Assembly (NCBI GenBank): GCA_038997165.1
Contig: JAWBAK010000002.1
Span: forward strand, 3,083-67,082
Source: Candidatus Aenigmatarchaeota archaeon
Lineage (GTDB): Archaea; Aenigmatarchaeota; Aenigmatarchaeia; CG10238-14; SpSt-28
Reading direction: 5' to 3'
Length of the DNA stretch: 64,000 nucleotides
The position numbers were made by a program, and so were the translations under genes. Shown piece by piece: positions 55,488 to 64,000 of this stretch. Numbering within the stretch: the stretch's first letter is position 1; each line of letters opens with the position of its first letter. Below the pieces are notes generated by a model. It worked only from the letters and a program-made list of their open reading frames with translations, was not told the origin of the DNA and did no database searches.

Positions 55488-57797
55488 ATGGACAAAAATG
55501 AATTAAGAAATTATTTTTCAAAAAATTGGCACGAATATTACTATTTAGATTTTTTTAAGGAATATGGTTTTAAAAGAAAGCAATGTATAAAATGTAAAAG
55601 ATTTTTTTGGACTTTAGATGAAAATAGGAATACATGCAATGATTCTAGTTGCGATGGCTATTCGTTTATTGGCAAAAAGATAGAAGATATTGATTATATT
55701 GAGGCATGGAAAAGAATTGAAAAATTTTTCATAAAAAATGGACATGAAAGTATAAGAAGATATCCTGTAGTTGCTAGATGGTTTCCAGATTTATATTTTG
55801 TAGTAGCAAGTGTTGTAAATTTTTATAGAAAAGTTAATGGAAACATAGATTTTGAATTACCTGCAGATAAAGTAATTGTTCCTCAATTTTGTTTAAGATT
55901 TAACGATCTAGAAAATGTCGGAATTACTGGTAGACATTATGTAAGTTTTGTAATGATTGGTCAACATACTATTCCAGAACAAAATGGATATTGGAAAGAT
56001 GAAACAATTAGATTAGATTTCGAATTATTAACAAAAGAATTTAAAATAGATCCTATAGAAATAACATTTATAGAAGATGTTTGGATAGGTTCGCAAGCTT
56101 TTGGATATAGTTTAGAATATTTTGTTAGTGGATTAGAATTGGGAAATGCAGTATTTACAGAATTTGAATTTTATGGAAATTCATTTAGAAAACTTTCTAA
56201 AAGATTTGTAGATATGGGTGCTGGATTAGAAAGATTTCCTTGGCTATTAAGTGGAAAACCTAATAGTTATTTAATAACTTTTGAACCAGTAATAAATTTT
56301 ATTATAAAATCTGAAGGAATAAAATTTGATGATGATTTTCTTTTTAAATTCTATTATAATGCCGGTTATTTTGATTTAACAGAAATAGATATAGAAGATT
56401 TTTATAAGAATATAAGTAACAAAATAGGATTAAATATAGAAGAAATAAAGAATAAAATAAATTTATATTCTTCAATATTTAGGATTGCAGATTTTAGTAG
56501 AGCACTATTATTAGCAATAAATGATGGGGCATTACCAAGTAATGTTGGTGGCGGATATAATTTAAGAATAATTCTTAGAAAAATTCTAAAATATTATGAG
56601 CAAAATAAATTCAATTTTGATTTAATAAAAATTTTTGAAATTTTAGCAAATCAATTAGAATATTTTGATAATACACTAAAAGAAAGCATTGATGTTATTC
56701 AAAAGGTTATTGAAGTTGAAAAGAAAAAGTATCAAAATACAAAACAACAAGCTATAAAAGTTGTAAAAAAAATTCTAAGTGAAAAAGGCAAATTAGAAAA
56801 AGATGATATAAGATTATTATACGAAAGTTTTGGAGTAAGGCCAGAATTTTTAGAAGAGGAATTAGGAATAAGAATTGATAAAAAGATTATTGAAGATATA
56901 AGAAAAAAAGAAGAAATTAGAATTGAAGAAAGAAAAATAAACGTTCCTAATATTGAAGTCAAGGAAATGTATTATGATGATATTTATGAATTCGAAGCAA
57001 AAATTGAAAAAATAATTGATAATTATATAATATTAGATAGAACAGCATTTTTTCCTACGCAAGGGGGCCAAAAATACGATACAGGATTTATAGAAAATTC
57101 TAAAGTTATAGAAGTAATTAAAGTTGGGAAAACAATATTACATAAAGTTGATAGCTTAGAAAATTTAAAAGAAGGACAAATAGTTAAATGTAAGATAGAT
57201 GTAGAAAGAAGAAAGCAATTGACTATTCATCACGATTCTGCTCATATAATTTTGGCTGCTGCTAGAAAAGTTTTAGGAAAACATGTATGGCAAGCTGGTG
57301 CAGAAAAAGATGTAGATAAAGCTAGAATAGATATTACTCATTTTGAAAATTTAAATGAAAAACAAATCGAAGAAATAGAAAATTATGCGAATGAAATTGT
57401 TAATAAAAATTTAAAAATAGAGAAAGAGATTTTAGATAGAAGTGAAGCAGAAAAAAAGTATGGATTTAAGATATATCAAGGAGGATACGTACCAGAAAAA
57501 AAGATTAGAATTGTTAAAATAGGAGATATTGATATAGAAGCGTGTAGTGGAACACATGGAAACAATACTAAAGAAATTGGATTAATAAAAATAATTTCTA
57601 CTAAAAAAATCTCAGATGATATTATTAGAATAGAGTTTGTAGCTGGTGATGCTGCTATAAAATTTTTAAAAGAAAAAGAGAAAATCTTAGATGAAATATG
57701 TAACTTTTTAAATTGTTCATATGAAGAAGCAATCGAAAAAGTAAAGAATCTATTTAATTTATGGAAAGAAAGGAGAAAAAAATTAAATAATTTTTAG
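55488..57797 (+). CDS. alaS: alanyl-tRNA synthetase (archaeal type, apparently C-terminally short)
   Basis: Editing/second-site region 'HHDSAHIILAAARKVLGKHVWQAGAEKDVDKARIDITHF...EACSGTHGNNTKEIGLIKI' (HxxxH...CxxxH). 769 aa with no obvious C-Ala/DHHA1 domain. Confidence 0.7.
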   Translation: MDKNELRNYFSKNWHEYYYLDFFKEYGFKRKQCIKCKRFFWTLDENRNTCNDSSCDGYSFIGKKIEDIDYIEAWKRIEKFFIKNGHESIRRYPVVARWFPDLYFVVASVVNFYRKVNGNIDFELPADKVIVPQFCLRFNDLENVGITGRHYVSFVMIGQHTIPEQNGYWKDETIRLDFELLTKEFKIDPIEITFIEDVWIGSQAFGYSLEYFVSGLELGNAVFTEFEFYGNSFRKLSKRFVDMGAGLERFPWLLSGKPNSYLITFEPVINFIIKSEGIKFDDDFLFKFYYNAGYFDLTEIDIEDFYKNISNKIGLNIEEIKNKINLYSSIFRIADFSRALLLAINDGALPSNVGGGYNLRIILRKILKYYEQNKFNFDLIKIFEILANQLEYFDNTLKESIDVIQKVIEVEKKKYQNTKQQAIKVVKKILSEKGKLEKDDIRLLYESFGVRPEFLEEELGIRIDKKIIEDIRKKEEIRIEERKINVPNIEVKEMYYDDIYEFEAKIEKIIDNYIILDRTAFFPTQGGQKYDTGFIENSKVIEVIKVGKTILHKVDSLENLKEGQIVKCKIDVERRKQLTIHHDSAHIILAAARKVLGKHVWQAGAEKDVDKARIDITHFENLNEKQIEEIENYANEIVNKNLKIEKEILDRSEAEKKYGFKIYQGGYVPEKKIRIVKIGDIDIEACSGTHGNNTKEIGLIKIISTKKISDDIIRIEFVAGDAAIKFLKEKEKILDEICNFLNCSYEEAIEKVKNLFNLWKERRKKLNNF

Positions 57798-58310
57798 AAT
57801 TTTTTTAACTTCAACAATTACTTTTTAATCATGCTTAAAATAAATTATTCTAATTTACAAAAATTTTTATTTTTCTTCCATATTATTTAAATGGAAAACG
57901 AAATAGAAATTTTAATAAAAAAGTATAAAATACTTAAAGAAATTTCTAAATTTTTAAAAGTTGAAGACGAAAAAATTTTAAATACTTTAAAAAGATTTAG
58001 GAAAGAAATTGAAAATAGTTAGTTTAATTAAATTTTTTATAGACTATAATGCTTTAAGAATGTTATCTTGAAATATATAAATTTCGCTTGTTAATTCTGT
58101 AATTTTATAGAAGTGAGATTTAGTTTTTTCTAGCTTTTTAGATCTTTTTTTGTCTAAGAGTTTTTTAATTTTTTAAAATGTTTATGAATTAAATTTTTCA
58201 ATATTTAAGAAAAATAAGCTTTTCGCTTCATTAACTTTTAGATTTTTCATTACTATTTGTATGTCTTGACTAATTCTATTAAATTTTTCAATAATTAAAT
58301 CTAATAAACA

Positions 58311-58394
58311 TGCGGGGGGTGGGATTTGAACCCACGAAGGCACTAAGCCAACAGGTTCTGAGCCTGTCGCCTTTGACCGCTCGGCCACCCCCGC
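58311..58394 (-). tRNA. tRNA-Leu (anticodon CAG), class II
   Basis: RC folds as gcggggg acceptor, acagg-ctCAGaa-cctgt anticodon arm, long variable arm tggcttagtgccttc, T-arm gtgggttcaaatcccac, discriminator A. Confidence 0.85.
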
Positions 58395-58813
58395 CTATAA
58401 AAAATTAAAAATTTTAACTTAGAATTTTTGAAAACATATTCGCTATTTTTCAATAAATTTATATTCCAATTTTCATAGCATAATCAATTCTGAGAACTAT
58501 TCTATTTCTAAAAGAAAAAGTAGTAATATCTGGATTTTTTCCTATATATTCTGTTATTTCTTTTCTGCTAAATCTCAAATTTTTAAACTACTCAAGAATA
58601 TGTGGAAATCTATCAACGATTTTTTAATACCTTCATATGAACTGCAAGGAGAAAAATGTTGATACTTTTTTGACCTTCTAAAGAGTTTTTCTAATATTTT
58701 TTCCTTTACTTTTTTAAGAGGTATATTATTATTTTTGGTGGAATAATACTATTTGTAAATCTTTTATAAACAAATTTATTCTTTACTTATAAATAGTAAA
58801 TAAATTTATATAT

Positions 58814-61348
58814 TTATCCTAATAGGCATGTATTCCAACCACATTCTAAGCAATTTAAACAATTTTCTCTAAAAACAATTAGATTACTCCCACAATTTGG
58901 GCATCTAAAAATTTTGTTTTCGATTTTTTTCGAAAAATCTTTTTCTTCTAATGATTTTACTTCTACACTAAACGATTTTAGCATTTCTAATGTTTTTTCA
59001 TTGTAAAAAATTTTTTTAATTGAATGTTTAAATTTATATACGGGTAATTTTGAACCTTCTCTAAATATTGTTATCCCTTTTAATCCTAGTTTATAAGCAA
59101 AATAAAATGCGTTTAAAATGTCTTTCCAAGAAGTTTCAAAAGGCATATTTATAGTTTTACTTATTCCATTATCAACCCAAAAACTAAATTCGTATTGAGC
59201 TCTTAAATGATCTTGCCAAGGAATTTCGTAAGCAGTAACAAAATATTCTTTCATATCATTTGGAATTTCCTCAATATTTTGAATGCTTCCACTTTCTGAA
59301 ATTTTTTTAATTATTTCTTCTTTATATAATCCTCTTTCTTTTAATTGAATTTCTAATTCATAATCAACATAATAAAACTTTCCTATACTAATTTCCTTTT
59401 CAAAAACTAAAGCAAATTGTGGTTCAATACTAGCTGAAGTATCTGCAATCATAGAAACAGTGCCAGTAGGTGCAATACTAATTAATGCAACATTTCTAAT
59501 TCCATTTTTTACTTTTTCTTTTATTTCATTCCAGTTATAATATGTTTTTTCTAATTCATATACACCTCTAAATCCTAAAAATCCTTTAGAATGTAAGCTT
59601 TTTTCAAATTCTGGATAACTTCCTCTTTTTTCTGCTAACTCAATAGAAGTTAAAGTAGCGTAATAAGCTAAAGTTTCTGCAATTTTTCTCATAAATTCAA
59701 AACTTTCTTCGCTATTGTATCTAATTTTTAATGCAAACAAAGTTTCAGCTAATCCCATTATTCCCAAACCAATTCTTCTTAGTTTTTTTGTTTTCTCTTC
59801 AATTTCCTTTAAAGGAAAAATGTTTACATCGATAACATTATCTAAAAATCTAGTCGCAATTTTAATTGTTTGAACAAATTCATTCCAATCAAAATAAGTT
59901 TTATCATTTTCTCTTCTAATAAACGCATATAAATTTATTGAACCTAAATTGCAACTTTCATAAGGATATTGTGGAACTTCTCCACAAGGATTTGTTGCTC
60001 TAATTAATCCATAGGATTTTTTCATCACATTATACTTATTAATGTTTTCTAAAAAAAGTACTCCAGGCTCCGCAGAATTCCATGCATTTTTTGCAATTTC
60101 AATAAATAAATCTCTTGCATTAATTTTTTTCCAAATTTTTCCATCTCTAGGATTAATTAATTCAAACTCTTCATTATTTTCAAAAGCTTTAATAAATTTT
60201 TCATTAATTAAAACAGAAATATTAAAGTTTTCTAAAAAACCTTCTTTATTTTTTGAAGAAATAAATTTTTCTATATCTGGATGCCATATTTCTAAAATTC
60301 CCATATTTGCTCCTCTTCTTTTTCCACCACTTTTAATTACATTTGTTAAAGTATCTATTAATTGCATAAAAGAAATTGGTCCGCTTGCATTTCCATAAGT
60401 ACTTTTAATAATATCACCTTCTGGCCTAATTTTTGAATAATTTACTCCTACTCCTCCACCACTTTTAAAAATTAATGCAATATTTTTTGCTAAATTCATT
60501 ATACTTTCTATACTATCTTCAACGTCTAAAACAAAACAAGCACTTAACATTCCTAATTTAGTACCTGCATTGAATAATGTAGGAGAATTTGGGAAAAATT
60601 TTTTATATGCCATTAGATTAAAATATTCTAAAAAATTTTCGTAATATTTATCAAATTCTCCATTTTCTAACATTTTTAAAAATTCGCTCCAACTAACTTT
60701 CATCTTTTGTTTAGAGTTTAATTCGTCATACAAAGCTTTCATTCTTTCTAAATGATATTTATTCCAAAAAACTTTTTTTGCTAAAGAAATTTTTCCTTCA
60801 AAATTTTCTGCATTAAATTCTTCATATTCATGAACTTTTTGTTTACCATTTTTATCAAAAATCTTTTCATCGTATAATATATCAGGTATTACTATTAATG
60901 CAGCAACTCTTTCAAATAATTGTTTTGGTGTTTCAATTATTTTGCCATTTTCATCTCTTAATAAATATCTTGATGCAAGAACTCTTAAAGCATTAATGGA
61001 GAATCTTTTATCGATTTCATCTAAAAATTCTTTATTTAGTATCTTTTTCTTTTCTTCTCTTATTTTTTCTCTTTCTTTTCTATATAAAATAAAAGCTTTA
61101 GCAGTTTCATATAGATTATTTTCTATTAAAACTTGCTCAATAATGTCTTGAATTTCTTCTACGTGCGGATATTTATCTTTAAATTTTTGAGATATTTTGC
61201 TTAATACTTGGTTAAGTAAATTTTTTAATAAATTTTCTTCAAATTTATTACTTGCAATCAAAGCTTTTTTGATTGCATTTTCAATTTTTTCTATTTTAAA
61301 ATCTTGCAAATAATTTTCTCTTTTTATAACTTTTGAGGGTAAGTTCAT
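58814..61348 (-). CDS. nrdJ: class II (adenosylcobalamin-dependent) ribonucleotide reductase with N-terminal ATP-cone and C-terminal zinc ribbon
   Basis: '[24 protein letters not shown]' class II active-site motif. N-terminal ATP-cone ('[17 protein letters not shown]'). C-terminal 'CPNCGS...CLNCLECG'. Confidence 0.8.
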   Translation of the reverse strand: MNLPSKVIKRENYLQDFKIEKIENAIKKALIASNKFEENLLKNLLNQVLSKISQKFKDKYPHVEEIQDIIEQVLIENNLYETAKAFILYRKEREKIREEKKKILNKEFLDEIDKRFSINALRVLASRYLLRDENGKIIETPKQLFERVAALIVIPDILYDEKIFDKNGKQKVHEYEEFNAENFEGKISLAKKVFWNKYHLERMKALYDELNSKQKMKVSWSEFLKMLENGEFDKYYENFLEYFNLMAYKKFFPNSPTLFNAGTKLGMLSACFVLDVEDSIESIMNLAKNIALIFKSGGGVGVNYSKIRPEGDIIKSTYGNASGPISFMQLIDTLTNVIKSGGKRRGANMGILEIWHPDIEKFISSKNKEGFLENFNISVLINEKFIKAFENNEEFELINPRDGKIWKKINARDLFIEIAKNAWNSAEPGVLFLENINKYNVMKKSYGLIRATNPCGEVPQYPYESCNLGSINLYAFIRRENDKTYFDWNEFVQTIKIATRFLDNVIDVNIFPLKEIEEKTKKLRRIGLGIMGLAETLFALKIRYNSEESFEFMRKIAETLAYYATLTSIELAEKRGSYPEFEKSLHSKGFLGFRGVYELEKTYYNWNEIKEKVKNGIRNVALISIAPTGTVSMIADTSASIEPQFALVFEKEISIGKFYYVDYELEIQLKERGLYKEEIIKKISESGSIQNIEEIPNDMKEYFVTAYEIPWQDHLRAQYEFSFWVDNGISKTINMPFETSWKDILNAFYFAYKLGLKGITIFREGSKLPVYKFKHSIKKIFYNEKTLEMLKSFSVEVKSLEEKDFSKKIENKIFRCPNCGSNLIVFRENCLNCLECGWNTCLLG

Positions 61349-61372
61349 AAAAATAATTTTGATATTATTTTT

Positions 61373-61648
61373 ATGAATTCTATAATTGCTGTAAAAATGA
61401 AATTATATGGAAAAGTTCAAAAAGTAGGATTTAGATTCTTTTTATCTAAGCATGCAGAAAGATTAGGAATAAAAGGTTATGCAAAAAATTTAGAGGATGG
61501 TTCTTTAGAATGTCATTTTGAAGGTAATGAAGAAAAAGTTAGAGAAATAATAGAACTTGCAAAAAAAGGACCACCACTTGCAAAAGTTAAGAAATATGAA
61601 ATTTATAAAACTGATATAAAAAATTTTGAATCGTTTGAAATCTATTAA
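61373..61648 (+). CDS. acyP: acylphosphatase
   Basis: 'LYGKVQKVGFRFFLSKHAERLGIKGYAKNLEDGSLECHFEG' AcP signatures. Confidence 0.7.
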   Translation: MNSIIAVKMKLYGKVQKVGFRFFLSKHAERLGIKGYAKNLEDGSLECHFEGNEEKVREIIELAKKGPPLAKVKKYEIYKTDIKNFESFEIY

Positions 61649-61656
61649 AAATTTAA

Positions 61657-63132
61657 ATGTTTACAATAAAAGAAAGAGATTTAGCGGGAAGAATCGGAAC
61701 TTTAAAATTAAAAAATGGAGAAAAAATAGAAACACCATATTTGTTTCCTGTAGTAAATTTTTTTCATTCAGAAGTTTCTTTAGACGATATAAAAAAAGCT
61801 GGATTCGATGCAATATTAGTTAATGCATACATCCTATTGAAGCACAATTTTGATAAAGAAATTCACGAATATACAAAATTTAAAAAAGTAATGAGCGATA
61901 GTGGAGCTTATCAGCTATTACAATATGGAGATATAGATGTTAGTAACGAAGAAATAATAGAATATCAAAAAAAGATAAATACAGATATTAGCGTTATATT
62001 AGATTATCCAACAGGTAAATTAAATTATGAAAATGCAAAATTTACTGTTGAAGAAACAATAAAAAGAGCTAAAGAGGCAAAAAATTTAATAGATGATAAA
62101 AGATTGTGGGTTTATCCAATTCAAGGAGGGAGTTTTGAAGATCTTTTAGAAAAAAGTATTATTGAGGGAATAAAATTGGATTATGATATTTATGCAATTG
62201 GAAGTCCAACAGTATTAATGACTGAATATAAATATGAAGAATTGTTTAAAATAATTTTAAAAGTAAAATCATTATTACCATTTAATAAGCCTGCTCATTT
62301 ATTTGGTGCTGGTCATGCGCATTTAATTCCGTTTGCAGTAGCTATGGGAATTGATTTATTTGATAGTGCTAGTTATATTCTATTTGCAAGAGATTTAAGA
62401 TATATGAGTTTTAATAGAACTTATGATTTTAATGAATTAAAATTTTTGCCATGCAATTGTGAAGTTTGTAGAAAATATTCTATAGAAGAATTAAGAGAAA
62501 TTAATAAAAATGAATTAATAAGATTGTTAGCAATTCATAATTTATACGTTATTAAAAAAGAATTGGAAAATACAAAGCAAGCAATAATAGAGGGAAGATT
62601 ATGGGAATATTTAAGAGAAAAATCTTTTTCTCATCCATCGCTATATAAGGCATTTAGAATTTTTGAAAATTATAAAAAATATTTTACGGAACATTCGAAT
62701 TTTTTTAAAATTTTTCAAAAAGCAATTTTTCTTTACGATTCATTTGATTTAAATAACCCAAAAGTTATTATTGTTAGAGAAAAGTTAAAAGAAATGAACA
62801 AAGATACTAAAGAAAAAATTCTATTATTTCCGTATTTGGTTTGGAAGAAAAATGAAAATATTTTTCTGAAATTTAAAGAAAAATATAAGAATTTTGAAAT
62901 ATATTTCTATTGTCCATATTTTGGAATATTTAAATATAGCTTAAGATTTACTTATCCATTCTTTCAAAGCGAAATGAGCGAAATTTATGACGAAAAACTT
63001 TTTCAAGATTTAAGCAATGAAATAAATTCTTTCTTAGAAAATAGAAAAATAAAGCAAGCTATTATAGTAATTCCGAAAGGTTATGTATTAAAAATAAAGT
63101 CGAGAGATAATTTATTAAAGATTTTCGTCTAA
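61657..63132 (+). CDS. tgtA: archaeosine tRNA-guanine transglycosylase (ArcTGT), apparently without C-terminal PUA domain
   Basis: 'MFTIKERDLAGRIGTLKLKNGEKIETPYLFPVV' matches the ArcTGT N-terminus. Zinc site 'CNCEVCRKY...H'. 491 aa. Confidence 0.75.
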   Translation: MFTIKERDLAGRIGTLKLKNGEKIETPYLFPVVNFFHSEVSLDDIKKAGFDAILVNAYILLKHNFDKEIHEYTKFKKVMSDSGAYQLLQYGDIDVSNEEIIEYQKKINTDISVILDYPTGKLNYENAKFTVEETIKRAKEAKNLIDDKRLWVYPIQGGSFEDLLEKSIIEGIKLDYDIYAIGSPTVLMTEYKYEELFKIILKVKSLLPFNKPAHLFGAGHAHLIPFAVAMGIDLFDSASYILFARDLRYMSFNRTYDFNELKFLPCNCEVCRKYSIEELREINKNELIRLLAIHNLYVIKKELENTKQAIIEGRLWEYLREKSFSHPSLYKAFRIFENYKKYFTEHSNFFKIFQKAIFLYDSFDLNNPKVIIVREKLKEMNKDTKEKILLFPYLVWKKNENIFLKFKEKYKNFEIYFYCPYFGIFKYSLRFTYPFFQSEMSEIYDEKLFQDLSNEINSFLENRKIKQAIIVIPKGYVLKIKSRDNLLKIFV

Positions 63133-63139
63133 ATTTATA

Positions 63140-64000
63140 TGGTATCGATGCTAGAAAATGTAATAAAAATATATAAAAGAGGAATAGAATTAAATAATTA
63201 TCCAAAAGAATTTGAAGACCTTATACTAAAACCTCAAAGAATTCTAAAAGTTTCTTTGCCTATAAAAACGTCAAAAGGATTAAAAGTTTTTGAAGCATAC
63301 AGAGTTCAACATAATAATTTTTTAGGACCATATAAAGGAGGAATTAGATATTATGAAAATGTTACATTAGAAGATGATATTGCTTTAGCAATGATAATGA
63401 CACTAAAAAATAGTTTAAATAATTTACCATATGGAGGAGCAAAGGGTGCAATAAAAGTTAATCCAAAAGAATTAAGTATCGAAGAGTTAGAAAAGCTAAG
63501 TAGAGAATATATAAGAGCAATTAGTATAATAATAGGAAAAGAAATAGATATTCCAGCTCCAGATTTAGGAACAAGTTCTCAAATAATGGCTTGGATGATA
63601 GATGAACTATCTAAAATAGAAGGTTTCAATTCATTCGCTACAATAACTTCTAAACCATTAGAATTATTTGGAAATCCAATAAGAGAATATGCTACAGGTT
63701 ATGGAGTAGCCTTTATTTCTAAATTAATTGGAGAAAAAATCTTAGATGGTATAGAAAATAAAAGAATTTCGATTCAAGGATTTGGAAATGTTGGTAAATG
63801 GAGTGCATATTGGTTAGAAAAGTTCGGTGCTAAAATTGTTGCCATTTCAGATTCTTCAGGAACAATATATAATGAAAATGGTTTAAATATAGAAGAGGTT
63901 GAAAAAATAAAAATGAAAACAAATAAAGTAATAGAATATAAAGATTGTAAAAAAATAGAGGATCCAAATTATTCTTTGTATGTTGATTGTGATATATTAA
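63140..64000 (+). CDS. gdhA: glutamate dehydrogenase (partial, 3' end outside window)
   Basis: 'GPYKGGIRYYENVTLEDDIALAMIMTLKNSLNNLPYGGAKGAIKVNPKELS...IPAPDLGTSSQIMAWMIDE...QGFGNVG' GDH motifs incl. Rossmann GxGxxG. Confidence 0.8.

Noticed and set aside
58182-58388. 68-aa ORF from the six-frame track
   Set aside because: It lies almost entirely on top of the minus-strand tRNA-Leu(CAG) (58311-58394). GC-rich tRNA sequence creates an open frame by chance.
1-64000. Transposases, integrases, IS inverted repeats, toxin-antitoxin pairs, restriction-modification or CRISPR-Cas genes
   Set aside because: I looked for DDE/HUH/tyrosine-recombinase motifs and terminal inverted repeats and found none. 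The only mobile-like signal is the insertion next to tRNA-Ser, which has no integrase.

Overview
The window is a very AT-rich (about 25-30% GC by eye) archaeal chromosomal segment with a DPANN-like profile. Its GC-rich tRNAs stand out against the AT-rich background. It is densely packed and short on conserved operons. It carries archaeal information-processing genes: aIF5B, aIF2-alpha/Nop10/PAC2 cluster, Orc1/Cdc6, a PriS-type primase, thermosome, prefoldin beta, FtsZ plus SepF. It also carries four aminoacyl-tRNA synthetases (Val, Gly, Tyr, Ala), r-proteins uL4, eS19, uL24, uL14, uS17 and L39e, and a class II (B12) ribonucleotide reductase. There are five tRNAs: Thr-GGT, an intron-containing Tyr-GTA, Lys-CTT, Ser-GGA and Leu-CAG. 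A three-unit (epsilon2-like) tRNA splicing endonuclease is also present. These are interspersed with many secreted or membrane-anchored proteins of unknown function. The most unusual regions are three. First, a ~10 kb cell-surface locus (27.2-37.2 kb) with a tandem array of seven tiny single-pass proteins, a TadC/FlaJ-like polytopic membrane protein, and a divergent six-gene translationally coupled operon of N-anchored and Cys-rich proteins. Second, a 1.4 kb noncoding island (25.8-27.25 kb) carrying 16-bp perfect palindromes and a 59-bp-periodic iteron-like motif. Third, a candidate C/D box sRNA whose guide is complementary to the universal 16S 'GGAUUAGAUAC' region. Other oddities are listed below: an insertion splitting uL14-S17 from uL24, a glmS C-terminal remnant, a frameshifted Sec61-beta-like ORF, and noncanonical HIGH motifs in ValRS and TyrRS. 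Everything here is read from the sequence by eye; no searches were run.
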